A stretch of DNA of 63,999 bases, filler included, from Gonapodya sp. JEL0774 (GCA_027604505.1; 17 parts of 17 records of this genome joined end to end with filler, not necessarily neighbours in it); one strand, 5' to 3'; positions 47,322 through 60,260 are shown, counted from the first letter of the whole stretch. The notes: generated from the sequence alone by a model not told the origin. Numbers and translations: made by a program.

Positions 47322-48559
47322 TTGCATGGCACCCCGACAGAATCGACGAAGGATACTCTCGTGCAATTGGATCTACCGAAGACCACGTCGCTCGGAGTCT
47401 CTGCATCCAGCTCAGGTGGCTTGGCACGTTTGCATTTGGCAACTTCTGTGTCAACGCGGGAACCCGACGTGTTCGGTTCGTCTTGCGTCGAACCGTCACT
47501 TATACTCTTTCCCATCGATGCCGTTCTCGAAGCGGTGCTTTTGTCGTGTGGAGTCTCGAGTCAGGAACTGTGATCTGAAGGCTCTCCAGACCTTGCGACA
47601 ACGGCCAATACCTCCCTCGCTAAGTTTTCACTTGCCCCAGACATCACTGCTGATAACATCCACCCACGCCAATTTGATGCTGGAGGCGTCCATGTTAAAT
47701 CCATCAAATGCTGCACATACTGTGGCACTGAGGAAACCCGGCACGTGAGTTTCAGGAATGCATCCAGCCCGAAAATAGTGCTCCTCCCACCTCTCACTTC
47801 GTCATCTTTGCCACCCTTCGATCCGACACTGCACTGCCTAATAGTGGTCAAACGGACCTCTGCCCAAGTACCACACTCTCTGTCACAACTGCCGACTTAA
47901 ATGGCGCCGAGGAACTGTGCTGAAGACTTCCCGTACGAAAAATACTTCCGACCCCTCAAAAAGAGGGGCAATGGACTGAGCAACCGTGGAAAAATCAAGA
48001 AGCACGGGGTGGTGTCAGGATCAGAAGTAGCAAAGAGTGGTGGACACGCGGGCGACTACCCATTGCTACATCAAAGTAAGCCGTTGTTCTGCACCGCCTT
48101 TCCAGAGTCCTCTGATATTTCATATTTGCGGTGGGGATTTTATCCCTTTCTGAACCGTGCGCTGTAGGCGACGTACGGGATTCGCTTCGACCCGCCACAG
48201 AGAAGACGCACCTCCGTCAATCGCTACCGACTTCACCGCTCCCTCCTTCTGGCACCCTACCCTCACTCATCCCCTCCTTCCCTCCAGGTCGGTACCATCG
48301 CCTTGAAACCGGCTTGCCTCTGGGTCCACCTTTATTTAACGCCGCCATTGAACTTTCTGTCCCTGGGGAACCAGTCTCGTGGGACACATCTGTTTCCTCG
48401 TGGACGATGTGCTTGCCGTTCTCCTTGCGGAATGTAGTGTCGGGTGTTGTGGAGGTGTGTGACACGTTCGGGGGAGCGTACAGCGTCAAAACTGGTAGTG
48501 GGGACTTGGAGGTTGGTCGATGGGTTGGGAGACCAGGACGACCTTTAGATCGGAGGTGA
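47322..48559 (+). pseudogene. GATA zinc-finger paralogue, copy 2, disrupted
   Basis: Shares LFPIDAVLEAV and AAIELSVPG.PVSWD with copy 1. Finger CTYCGTEETRH|WSNGPLPKYHTLCHNC; in-frame TGA at 47571-47573 and a frameshift after KWRRG. Confidence 0.8.
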
Positions 48560-49183
48560 CATTGGATAAGATCGTGATCATTCGTTTCGAGGCAATAAGT
48601 GCGAGGTATCTCAATTCATGGTGTAGTCCTGCAAATTCTTCTCGATATTGTTGTGCTATAAACATGAATGTTCCGCTTCCGTTGTGAAGTAGCTGTATTG
48701 TTTCATAATCTGCAGTAATTTTACGTTCGCTCTGACTCCGCAATGTTTACATACGTTGAATACCGATAAAGAAATCGCACCGAGCATCACTTAAACTTAA
48801 AAGATGAAATACATGTCACGACGTTCGGACACTCAAGCAATTGTCGAGACGCTATTTCTATCCGGTGTACTCGACGTTCAAATCCTTGCATACTCTCTTA
48901 ACCCACGCCAATGTCGCCGGATATTTGCCAAGATCAAACCCGCCTTCGTGTGCGAATCTTGTGTATGCCTGGAGAGGGGAAGTGGTCATGGTGTGATGAA
49001 AACTTGAGGTTGAAGAACGTGTCACTCACCACCAGAGCGATATCAGCAACCGACAATTGGGATCCGACAAAATATCCCCCGCGNNNNNNNNNNNNNNNNN
49101 NNNNNNNNNNNNNNNNNNNNNNNNNNNTTAATTAATTAANNNNNNNNNNNNNNNNNNNNNNNNNNNNNNNNNNNNNNNNNNNN

Positions 49184-49885
49184 GTAACAATTGAAGGAGT
49201 CCCAGTCAAGGGAACAACGGATCTTCTCATCACTTATAACGCATCCTATCCTGCGGGGATGGCTTCTGTGGCACTATGTGCTTTGGAGGTGAAGAAAGTT
49301 GGGGAGACCGCTTCCAACATTAATCAAGCTTGTGGTGAGCTTTTGGCACTGGCTGTCCTTCAAGATCCTTCAAAGGGCAGGCCATTTATTGTGCTCACGG
49401 ACTTGGTTGACTGGTGGATGTTTTTGTGGTTGTCCTGTCAGAGTGTGATATCTGGGGATATACTACCGAAACCCGTCATCGTCACTAAAAAGATCCACCG
49501 CAACACTGCCATCAGTGTGCTGCGCAGCGAAGTGGATGAGTACCGAAAGGTCTTTGATGCATCTTCCGATGCCCAGCCTTTCAAGAGGTTGCGCCGATCA
49601 GATGAGGATGAAGATGGGAGCGGCAAGCGAGGTAGTGGATCTGGTGGAGCTCAAGATCTCTGGCGGAAGAGCTTTACTGGGCGGGTTTCCATCTTCTCTT
49701 CAAAGGCTGAAGCTGGTGGCTCCAGAGAGGGTGGACAAGGTCTATTTGATTCAGATATTGGTTTCTTCAGGGATGATCCTGATGAGATTGTGTCGTCGTA
49801 TGAGAATGCGAAGAAGTGGGCTATGGAGTTTATCCGCATGGGGGGAATAGTTGGGTTGACACCGGAAAATTCTGTGCTACTGTAG
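49184..49885 (+). CDS. Crinkler-type restriction-endonuclease-fold C-terminal domain; 5' truncated
   Basis: KGTTDLLI...LEVKK...QACGELL...IVLTDL..WWMFLW, a D..ExK..Q arrangement. Confidence 0.7.
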   Translation, partial: VTIEGVPVKGTTDLLITYNASYPAGMASVALCALEVKKVGETASNINQACGELLALAVLQDPSKGRPFIVLTDLVDWWMFLWLSCQSVISGDILPKPVIVTKKIHRNTAISVLRSEVDEYRKVFDASSDAQPFKRLRRSDEDEDGSGKRGSGSGGAQDLWRKSFTGRVSIFSSKAEAGGSREGGQGLFDSDIGFFRDDPDEIVSSYENAKKWAMEFIRMGGIVGLTPENSVLL

Positions 49886-50427
49886 TTGGTACTTGATAGA
49901 TTTCAAGCACTGGGAGTTTTCAAACTCATGTGTGGTCTTACATCAGTCAATATAGCGCTTGTGCATCGCTTTACTCCAGAAACTTTCAACACAGCAGTTC
50001 TGATTTAAGTACCAACTGACTCGACGATCTTTCTAGACTGGGTTCTGTTACCGATGATGTGATTTCATTTTGAAAGTGGCACGATGTTCTTCCTAGAGTG
50101 AAATCTTCCTATACCGAATCAGATAATGTCGCTGGGGCTTGCTGATATGCCGCACTGGCGAGGCGGAGTGAAGTAGTTGTACTTCGTGGATGAATGATGG
50201 ATATATCAGACCTCAGAATCTTCTCTTCCCTTCGTCCGCTTTCTTACAGCTCAATCGATTGCTGAGAAGCGCAATTGCCACTCTGTCCTCTGTCCTCTGT
50301 CGGATCTGCCTGGAAAAACGGAGGTAACTTGAATGCTCTTTACAACCCCCAATCAGAAACATGTCAACGACACATCTTCATCAAAAGTCTGCCTCATACC
50401 AACGACCAATTACTTCCATTGCTAACC

Positions 50428-51894
50428 ATGCGTCCAGCGTATTCCGTCGTGTCTGGCTCGCATGCCACAACTATTCTACTTCTCCTCGCCATTCTCGCGA
50501 TCCTTCTCCCCGGATCTTCCATGATCGCAGCGAAAAGCCAATACGGACAGTACTGCTCTAGCGATAGATCATGTGATACTGGATTAGTATGTGAGTTCGG
50601 TGCTCTGTACATCGATCAATGAACGCTGCCCACCAACTTGAAACTGAACATTTTCAAGTTATTCGTCTTCTTAGGTGATACCTACAGTGATTACGTCTGC
50701 AAAGTTCCGTGCCGTGGAATCAACGGAGCTTGTGCTGGTGGTCTCAAATGTGAGTCAGCATCATTTCAACTTCTGTTCGGGCAAAAAGTATTTGTGTAGA
50801 CACAGCGACTCCTTCTCCCATGCATTTCTCATCTACCGTTGGCCCGTTGTCATTCGGACCATTGCGGCACTAGGTCAAGTCCGTAATTGGAAAGGCGCTG
50901 GATACTGCCCCATTACCCTTGGGGGAGGTCCCACGCCCGCGCCCCCTCCTCCCCCGAACACGCCCGTGCCCCCTCCTCCTCCGAACACGCCCGTCCCCGC
51001 TCCTCCCCCGAACACGCCCGTGCCCCCTCCTCCTCCGAACACGCCGCCCGTCCCCGCTCCTCCCCCGAACACGCCCGTCCCCCCTCCTCCCCCGAACACG
51101 CCCGTGCTCGCTACTCCAGCCCCTGATACGACAGGTTTAGGAGTGGGACGAATTTGCAGTACAACAGGTCAATGCGCGGCTGGCCTCGCATGTGAGTAAC
51201 TGGAATCCTACGATGCCTGTACGAGTTACATAAATATCTTCCATTTACTCGTTTTGATTGTATAGGTGATACCAGTGAATCACCAAGTTTATGCAAAGTA
51301 CCTTGCCAAGGGGCAAACACTGTTTGTGCCAGTGGTGTAATATGTGGGTGTCCGTCCTCTCGATTGCAAGGTGCAAACCGTGAACCGCCCCTGAACTCAC
51401 AATTGTCAAACTGTGATATTCAGGCCAAGTTCGAAGTAGCAATGGTGACGGATTTTGCCCAGCAACAAAGGCCGTGGTAGGCACACCAGCACGTACAGCG
51501 CCTGTCGACACACCTTCCAATCTCGCCAAACTGGGTGAGGTGTGCACTCCCGGACAATGCGCTACGGGACTTTTTTGTGAGTTTTGATACCCGCGAATCG
51601 TGATCCATCGTTACTTTTACTGTATTTGTATGATGAATGTCTGCGTGCCCGAGATCTGAAAGAGTTCCCTTCTCCTTAAAATCATTTCACATCTGTAGGT
51701 GATAATTCTGGATCCCCAGCTGTGTGCAGGGTTCCATGCGAAATTAACACGATATGCGGCAATGGACAAACATGTACATACATGCGTCACGCGCAGGAGT
51801 TGTCCATTTTTCCGTCGTCGATAGGACTAATTGATAAACATTTCTTTTAGGTCAACTCTTACCTGGCAAATTAGGCGCTGGGTTTTGCGGGTGA
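50428..51894 (+). CDS. Secreted Cys-rich protein: three Cys-rich modules with Pro/Thr-rich linkers; multi-exon
   Basis: Hydrophobic signal region; modules C..C..GL.C|GD...C.VPC...C..G..C|GQ....G.G[YF]C; (PPPPNTPV)n linker. Confidence 0.8.
50930..51122 (+). repeat. Coding minisatellite (~27-30-bp units, PPPPNTPVP)
   Basis: cctcc[ct]ccgaacacgccc-type units repeated six times. Confidence 0.95.
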
Positions 51895-52952
51895 TAACTT
51901 GTCCGCAACGTGACTTGCGCTATGTACTGGTGATGTTACTGGGATCTGGGCCGGTATGAGCGGAGACCACGTTGCTCGGGCCTTACAAAAATCTTCTAAG
52001 CAAATCAAAGAAACTATGTCGGGGGAGGGAAATATGTATAATGTTTAGTTGTACGGGTGTAATGGATGACTAGTGATCTCGGATTTTCATTTTCAGTATC
52101 AAGAGCCACGTCCTCTCACGACAGTGAAAGGTGCAATCGCAGCTTTTTGCATGAAACGACAAAGATTAAGAGAGAGGACGTACATACCGAGATTGCCGAG
52201 TGTGCTATAACGTTCGTGTGACGTCACCACACCGAAGCCGCCCCTGAACCTTTTCTCTTATCGCTTGTTGCCGTTTTGGCTCCTCATCTCTGGGCGCTTC
52301 GGCGCTGCTCATCTCACTATCTCGTTTTTAACTTCCGTGCCCGAGAACTTTGTCGGGGGGAATCACTCTTACAGAATCGAACTATTGCCAAAACAGGAGG
52401 CGTTTCCCAGCAAAAGACAAAGAAGTAACGAAGGACAACGGGAAAGCAATATACGAGTCCAATAGATACTTTAGGATCTTCAATTGTCCTCCGCGTCGTT
52501 AATGACACCATGGACACTGGTTCAAGACCTGAGGGTGCGCCAGGGAGCGCGAGCATGGAGCATTGAGGCAAACTAGCTCCCGACGTTATCTCAATGTATG
52601 ACAGCTTTGCGGTCGCTCCAACAAGCGAACCTGCTGCTCAATTGTCCCGGTCACTTCTCTGGTATTATGGTGTGATCCTGTGGAGGTATGTCGATCTGCA
52701 GTGATGATGTCCGAGCTCAAGATGGCAACTCGGGTGCATGCCAAGGAAAGCAGTGCACAAGTACTACAGGATCTCCTAGAATGCGGGGCTGTGGGCCAAA
52801 AGTGAACTTCATTGAGTAGGGAGTCGGCTATGAGGTTTGCAAGGCAGGGCACNNNNNNNNNNNNNNNNNNNNNNNNNNNNNNNNNNNNNNNNNNNNTTAA
52901 TTAATTAANNNNNNNNNNNNNNNNNNNNNNNNNNNNNNNNNNNNNNNNNNNN

Positions 52953-53818
52953 GATGGTTGTGACGAGGAGGTGCTTCGGCGGACGAGGGCCGACGACGAG
53001 GGGTTCAGTGTCAATGACGGGCTGAGGCTGGAAGGTGCCGTGGATCCCATATTGAATGGGAACAGCGTCCCTGTAGATGGAGAGCTTGAGTGGAGAGCGG
53101 CCGGGGAGATGGTGGTTGGCGGGACGAAGGCAGGTGCTTCTTGCTGAGGAGCTCCTGCAGCGGAGGCCGCGGCAGAAGTGAAGATGGAGTCAAGGTCCAG
53201 GTCCATACCCATCCCCGAGGTAGAGAGAAGATCGAGTTGGTCTTGTGGGAGAGATGAGGAGTCAAGAAGGAGGGAGGTGAGGTCGGTGTCGGTGCCAAGG
53301 TTGATAGGATCAGGAGACTGGGGCTCGAAAGGCGGGGAGAGAGCTGCTTTTGGTGGAGCGGTGGAAGACGAGTCACCGAGATTTGCAGCAGGTGAGTCAG
53401 CCGAGCTGATGTTGGCGATATCCGGGAGTGCATCAGCCAAGACGGAGGAATTGACCGCGTTGGCATTCAGGGCGAGCGACTTGAGTAAAGCGGTTTGCTG
53501 TGCGGTGAGCGGCCGCCCATGGGAGGCGTTGGATGCTGCAGCAAAGAGATTGGAAAGGGATATGCCGTTCAAGAATGCGGGGACAGTGGATGATTGAGCT
53601 GTCGAAGTTGAGTTTGCACCCGTTGTGGATCCGCTGGGCATCGCAGAAGTCGTCGTTCCTCCGATAATCGGATTAAGGGAGTCATCAAATTGAAAGACAA
53701 ATGGCTCGGACTTTGTGGCAGTCGGCAAGGGTGCGGTTCGGGTTGCCGAGGGACTGGGGGTGCCAACTCGCGCTGGTGCGGGACGTGACCCAGTTCGTTT
53801 CGCTGCGGCGGCAGGCAT
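52953..53818 (-). CDS. Ser/Ala/Pro-rich protein N-terminus (possible transcription-factor activation region); 3' truncated
   Basis: Long open frame with acidic-hydrophobic patches (FVFQFDD, DLDLDSIF); no folded domain visible. Confidence 0.55.
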
Positions 53819-55265
53819 CTGGAGCGAGATTGATTCTGGTGCCTAGGTGATTTTTGGTATGGCGAGGTCGCCTGAAGTGAAGGAATATAACGAGGTGAGT
53901 GAGTCACAACGAGACTTGTATGGTTGTTTCGGAAATCGTCCCAAACGCAGAGATAACCACTTCTATCGACCCAGTCCCGAGTCGTGTCCGCTTGTCCGTG
54001 GCGATTGACGTTCCCTAATGCCAAATGACAGGCCTTCTGCGTGTGTTTATAAGGTGCAGGCCACCATATGCAGCCCGACTTTTTTTCCCGCTTCACAGCA
54101 GGAACCATGAAACTTAGACCACTCAACCGGCTCCCAACATGCTCTAAAAGCTTATATCCATGCTATGTCGTCCTCCGCTATTTCCCACCGGCTCCTGGCG
54201 CCTACACTCACCGGAACGTTTGTCGCGGTTGTCAACAGAAGCCCTCCGACAAAAACCTGCAATTCTCTTGGCCGCGACGCTCGGTATTCGGTGAGCAACT
54301 CTGAGAGAAGACTTTTGGCTTTTGCTTTCCACTGTTGATCCCAGACGTGGGGGCCTGCAGGAAACTGTCCTGGGTATAAAGTTGCTGACGTTAGGAGAGC
54401 CTCCAATCACCCCCAGCCTGTCCGTTTTGTTCCAAATCGATACTAATGTCTCCGAGTCCGCTGGCTTGATTGGTGTCTCCACTGACGATTTTGATGTCTC
54501 CTTGCTGGCTCGTGGGCCTGTATCTGGCGGTTCTGTCGTGTTCCTCGGCCGCCGGGGGCGATCCCTTGTTCCAGAGTTGTGGTAAGGAAAGGATTCCTTC
54601 CAATCGGATTCCGCTGCTGCACGAAACGAACATGTATTGAGCTCACCCAATTGTTAACTTCCGTATAATTTTGTTGACTCGCAACAGCGTCCGCGAGAGT
54701 TCAGTCTCTTTGCAAGTATTGAGGGAGTTCGGCAGTTCGCGATTATAGTATGAAGGATGTCAATCAAACCGGTGTAAAAAAACTATATCACATTCAAGTG
54801 ATCTCGACGTCAGATATTCTAGAACTTTGTGCTGGGAATCAGAGAGGCGAAATTTATCGCGGCAACCACGGTTATCTTCACAAATGCGAAGGGGCAATGC
54901 TCGGCCCTTGTTTCTCAAATATATAAACCAGAAATACCAGGAGAGGAGGTCCCAGTCGCTAATAATCTGTAAGGAATAAGAAGCAGCAGCGAATATGGTC
55001 GTTTACCTTTGCAGCAATGCGCCTGTCCCCTGCGGGTTGAAAGGCAAGGTGAGCGTCATGGTATAATCTTAATCCCCATTAACTGTTTCCACAATAAGTC
55101 AGTTGTCGTCGATTGAAGGGAGGAGGCGGTGTTCATGTCCTTACTAGGCCACGACTAAGCTGTGAGCCAGTGCTACGGCAACGTCGAGCAACAGCGATAC
55201 GGCAGCTCTGAATCTTTTTCACTTTCCGCATCGAAAAGACGCCCCCACTTGAATCTAGAGACATC

Positions 55266-56399
55266 ATGTACCGAGCTCTGCTGGGGATCAGCCCTTCAGG
55301 GAGGGGTTTGCGTCCTTGCAGTGTGGCCGATCGGTTGGCCGTCCTTGTTTCTCTTCTAGCTCTGGCAATATCTTTTCCCCCTCTAAGCGCGCAATCTCAG
55401 CAAGATGATTGCGCTGTTTGGGAAACCGTTTTCACTCAGAGCGGGTTTCCTGTCCCGTGGGCTTCAACTGGACTGTGTTGCGGCTACAGGGATCCAAATC
55501 AACCCAGTCACTACATCCTTTGTGACACGAACAATCGCATTTCAAATGTGGCACTTCAGTCGGCTGGTTTGAAAGGCCAGATTCCGTCTTTGGCAGGCCA
55601 GACTCCCCTCACCTCCTTGATCCTTGCAAACAATAGTTTTAGTGGTCCCTTACCGGAATTCGGAAGTCTCCCATTGCTGTCAATGTTGGATCTCTACCAA
55701 AACTCACTCTCAGGCTCAATTCCCAGTGCCATCGCAAACTTGACGGCACTCGCCGAACTCGCGCTTCACACGTACCGACTTTCTGGTCCAGTTCCAGACC
55801 TGACTGCTCTCACCAACTTGCAAACACTCCTTCTATACGGTAACATGCTTTCGGGAAACGTTGATGGCAAAGTACCCTCCGGAGTTTTGTCCTGCATTCT
55901 CTACAGAGACATTTCGAACACGGAGAGCAACAGTCTCTACACATGCAAAAGCAGCCTGCCGAGAACATGCACCGCGTACGCTGTTCTATACGGTCAACTG
56001 CCTACCAATGGACCGGACTGTCCGTCCACTACGATCAGCACTCCTTCTTCTGGGGTTACAGTGTCTACTTCATCTGTTGTGAATGCAGGGACCTCCTCGT
56101 TGGTTCAAACAACCAATTCCGTGCCGCCACCTCCATCGACAACGAATTTAAATACTCCTTCCAATAACACCGGTGTGATCGCTGGAGCTGCCGTCGGTGG
56201 TGCAACTGTCGTTATCATCGTGCCCATATTGGTGTTTTGGTTTGTCCGCAAAAACCGGGAGAGAAAGTCAGCTTCGGCAAAAGGCTCAAACGGCGGTGAG
56301 GATGACAGCTCTCCATCACATAGCGCGGGTTTGAGAAGTGGCTCGAGGATGAAGGTACGTGTCCCTTTTTGTCAATCCACTGAAATTTCGGGGGAATGA
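55266..56399 (+). CDS. LRR receptor-like protein, paralogue of 3951-5851; cytoplasmic exons missing
   Basis: AQSQQDDCAVWETVFTQSG vs AQSQRDDCAVWESLYTQSG; LxLxxNxLSGxIP repeats; TM GVIAGAAVGGATVVIIVPILVFWFV followed by RKNR. Confidence 0.85.
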   Translation: MYRALLGISPSGRGLRPCSVADRLAVLVSLLALAISFPPLSAQSQQDDCAVWETVFTQSGFPVPWASTGLCCGYRDPNQPSHYILCDTNNRISNVALQSAGLKGQIPSLAGQTPLTSLILANNSFSGPLPEFGSLPLLSMLDLYQNSLSGSIPSAIANLTALAELALHTYRLSGPVPDLTALTNLQTLLLYGNMLSGNVDGKVPSGVLSCILYRDISNTESNSLYTCKSSLPRTCTAYAVLYGQLPTNGPDCPSTTISTPSSGVTVSTSSVVNAGTSSLVQTTNSVPPPPSTTNLNTPSNNTGVIAGAAVGGATVVIIVPILVFWFVRKNRERKSASAKGSNGGEDDSSPSHSAGLRSGSRMKVRVPFCQSTEISGE

Positions 56400-56721
56400 C
56401 TAACGATTCGCATGGGTGCCTCTTTCTATCGGTTTTTGCCTTGGCTCAGGAACCTCACGTATGTACATCTCCATCACGTATTGTCTCTACCCGCAAGAGT
56501 AACCTGGACTGTTTCCTGTCAATTCACCACTCCTTCCATTCTTATAGTGGTTCTTTGTCACACTGGCAACTGCACCGGGGCAGCTTGAGGGACCTTTTGT
56601 TGAGTGTAACTTGGAAGTAGANNNNNNNNNNNNNNNNNNNNNNNNNNNNNNNNNNNNNNNNNNNNTTAATTAATTAANNNNNNNNNNNNNNNNNNNNNNN
56701 NNNNNNNNNNNNNNNNNNNNN

Positions 56722-57794
56722 GGGTACGCGAGAGTGGGCCATGGGGGAAAAGGGTGGGTAGTGGTGAAAAAGGCATCGAATTTGGGAATGGTGAAAAGCG
56801 CGGTGCGGGATATCGGAGGTTGGAAACTGTTCCTCGCGTTGGGGGTCCCCGGAGCAGTGATGGTAGCATCCGAGTAAGTTGTGCATCTGGTCTTGTGTAT
56901 CTCACTTCCCTCTAACATTTTCGCCTTCGTAAATGCTGTAGATGGTGGGCGTACGAGCTCACATCCCTCCTCTCCGGCCACCTCGGACCCCACGCTCTTG
57001 CTGCACACTCAGTCCTCACCACCACCGGCTCGCTCACCTATATGCTCCCGCTCGGAGTCGCTGTGGCAGCGACCAATAGGATCGGTAACGCGCTGGGTAG
57101 GGGAGACCCCAGGGGTGCACGCTTGGCGGCAATCGTTGGTGTTTTGGTGGGAGGGGCGCTCGGCATTTTGAATGGGACTTGGTTGGTGGCAGTTAGGGAG
57201 TGGTGGGGTGGAGTTTTTGTGGGAGATGGTAGTGGTGATGAAGAGCACAATCATAGTGTGACGGAGTCGAAAGTTGACCAGGACAGGAAGCCGATTACAG
57301 CGGAGCAATCGGACGCCACCCTCGTAACTTCGACCGTATCTTCCACCCTTCCCCTCCTTTCGGTGTTTCAACTCTCTGATGGTCTTGCATGCGTTTCGGG
57401 GGGATGCATGAGAGGTGCTGGATACCAGAAAGTTGGTGCAGTATTCAATGCAATCGCTTACTACGGAGTGGGACTACCGACGGCAGTCGGTGCAGCGCTT
57501 TGGAGGAGTAAGTCAGTCGAGATGGAGGAGAGGGAGCGGGAAGAAAGGAACAATGGTGAAATCGATCTTCAGGAGTCACCGGCCACACTCTCTACAAGTT
57601 TGCAACCAGCCGATTCCTATGCCGACCCTCCCAAACCCCTTTCTATCGCTGCCCAACGTGCAGGTCTTCAAGGTATATGGATTGGCATGTGCGCCGGTTT
57701 TTTGATTATGTCAGTGATGCAGGTAAGGTTTGTGCTGAGACTTGATTGGAGGAGGGAGGTTGAAAGGGCGAGGAGGAGGGTTCAAGGTGGTTGA
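56722..57794 (+). CDS. MATE efflux transporter C-terminus; 5' truncated
   Basis: PLGVAVAATNRIGNALG, FQLSDGL, MRGAGYQKVGA..N...YY.VGLP, GLQGIWIG. Confidence 0.92.
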
Positions 57795-57981
57795 GTTGAA
57801 GTACGACAAGAAAAGTTGGCATCTGATATATCTGTAGATTTAGATGTGTACAAAACTGGCCTGTACACTCAGACAACACGATAAATACTGAAGTGCAATG
57901 CAACTACGCGATGACATAGATCGATTTACTCTATGAAAAAGTACATACCACCGCCATACTCGAGCACTGTGTGATGCGGCG

Positions 57982-59270
57982 CTATTGGCGCAAGAGCGTT
58001 TGAATAACATCTAAACTGATATCTGTAAATGACTCGGCGTTTGCGTCTCTTGTGGGATCAGTTTGAAATCTGCTGGACACAGCCTCAAACACAGATCCAG
58101 GATGATCATCAGCATCAAATATTTTCGCACCCATTGCTGCTGTAGCATCTCCCCCAAGTGCATGAGGCACGGCTTTACCCACCCCGTACAGGCCCAAGAT
58201 GATGCCTGTCGATTGACCAGCGACCCAATCGATTAATCGGCCACTCTCTGGGTGTAACGACGGATTTGTAACATTTTCGAACAATCTCTCGATAAGACGC
58301 GCAGCCGCTATGGAATGAGCGGAGCAGAAGACACGTTCTCCTTTCTGCGCGATTGTATTACTAAGCTGGATAGAACGCCCACCTGTTCCTCGATGCGACG
58401 GGGATTGACCCTTTCCTTTTTTCATCACTCGCAATATCTTAGCAGCTGTCTTGATATGCGATCGAGTCTGCGCAATGAAGCTCAGGAGGAACTCAGATGA
58501 TTGCTCAGAGGGGTGATCCGACCTTGCTGGGGTTGAATTTGAGGATCGGCAGTTGCGAAGAGCCTCTTTCACAGAGATGATGAGAGGGATCACGGCCATG
58601 CTCACTGTACCATCAGGATGTCAGAGTCGTCTCAAATCACGTTCAAAATAGGAAGAATTAAGAAATAATTAATTTTTAGACTTACGACTAAATCCCCCTA
58701 CAGGAAGCAAAACTTCTTGAAGTTTATCTTCACCGTGAAGAATGAGGAATTCGTCCAAAGCCGACGTCGCTGTTCGCACGTGGTCGAGACAAAGCACAAA
58801 TGCAGGGCTGGCCACCCAGGCCCTAACGAATGGCGCTGTGTCGCTGTCCTCCAACAATATCTGTGTGAGCAAGATCAAAAGTCAGCAATATTCGGTTGTG
58901 CGGATCATCACATCAGTCAAGTCACTCACATCTTCGATTTCCACCTTGGATATGCCAGGCGAGGGTGCGTGCCACAAACCCCACATACAATGATATTGAA
59001 TGAAAAGAGAGTATGCCCAAGGGGTTGTGGCAATCAGATCGTGACGATAGTCCAACGAGCTGGAACGCTCTAAATTCAGCGAGTCGAGTTGAGGAACTGG
59101 AACTCCCAAAACGGCGTGGAATCGAGCAAGCCATGTTCTTAAAGCAAACTTATTCGATCAATGGGGCTGATATTCGGGTGGATTGTCAGCGAACTCTTTG
59201 TGCGATGCATCCAATTGGATCACTCACCGGAGTACCGACTTGGGAAGGGGAGCGCTCCTCCGCTTCTCTT
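57982..59270 (-). CDS. Hypothetical multi-exon helical protein; possibly a transcription-factor-associated domain
   Basis: Consecutive exon-like ORFs (59109-58882, 58878-58669, 58605-57982); boundaries uncertain. Confidence 0.4.
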
Positions 59271-59496
59271 TGACTCTCCGCCGAGGTCCTGACATGACTT
59301 TTCTTGGAGCAGATGTCTGTCCCCGAGTCAATGCGGTTTTCACCCGAGGTTGCGCTTGAACATATGTGACGTGGAGCTGATGGGTAGGGTCGGTTGCCAC
59401 GGTGACCACAGCCCATCCATTCGGCATACACCAACGTTTCTCGAAATTCGGTCCCGTTCTGTCACTGGGCAGCCATTCCAGTTCACGGCTCCGATA

Positions 59497-60260
59497 ATGC
59501 GCTTCCCATCCCGTACTCCCACCATCGCGTTGCTCTTATGCCTTGTCGGTCTATTCTTCGCTACCGCGGTGATTGCCAGCAAGGAGCCACCCAAAAGTCT
59601 CCAAATCGGCATCAAGCATCGTCCTGAGACATGTCCCGATAAGAGCCGAAATGGGTTAGTAAGGAGACCTCCGCGTCCACGACGGAGAGTGTTCCCGTTG
59701 TGAGATTGGTGAATAAGCACTGTCGCGAAACATGTCACCTTTCTTCAAGCACCCCAAGTGATTTCGAGCGCGAGACCCACTCTAACGCGATTCCAATCAT
59801 TGCAGGGATACTCTTTCGATGCACTATACGGGCACTCTCTTCTCCGATGGTACCAAGTTTGATTCCTCCCGAGATCGAAACAGTCCATTCGAGTTCAAAC
59901 TGGGTATGTCCATTCCTCCATGAGTGCACACGTCCTCAAACAACGGAATCCTCACCGATTCTCTCCTCTGCATGAAGGCGCTGGCCAAGTAATCAAGGGG
60001 TGGGACCAGGGTCTCCTCGACATGTGTGTCGGCGAGAAACGCAAGCTCACAATCCCTCCACAGCTCGGGTACGGCGACCGCGGTGCCGGTGGCGTAATTC
60101 CTCGTGAGTTCTTCTTCTGTGGTGTTTCCTTCTATCTCTCAGTCCCGTCATCTCCTCTGCTGTTCCGCCCCCCTGATTCGCTCGTGCAATGTTAGCTGGA
60201 GCGACCCTTGTCTTTGACGTGGAGCTGTTAGCCATCAAAGGGCGCAAGAAGGAGCTGTGA
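59497..60260 (+). CDS. FPR2: ER FKBP-type peptidyl-prolyl isomerase (FKBP2/Fpr2), 4 exons
   Basis: Signal peptide, [67 protein letters not shown]-terminal KKEL. Confidence 0.95.

Noticed and set aside
11696..47573. In-frame TGA codons (11696, 46801, 47571) as selenocysteine or genetic-code reassignment
   Set aside because: None aligns with a catalytic Cys or Trp; two sit in genes that also have frameshifts; TGA is a normal stop in DSK2, CMC2 and FPR2; no SECIS was recognised.
50930..51122. CRISPR-like repeat array
   Set aside because: No unique spacers; it is an in-frame Pro-rich coding minisatellite in a eukaryotic gene.
52953..54060. GCN4/Cpc1 orthologue with uORF control
   Set aside because: No bZIP domain is visible before the contig break and no upstream ATGs were found in the ~230 nt 5' of the ORF.
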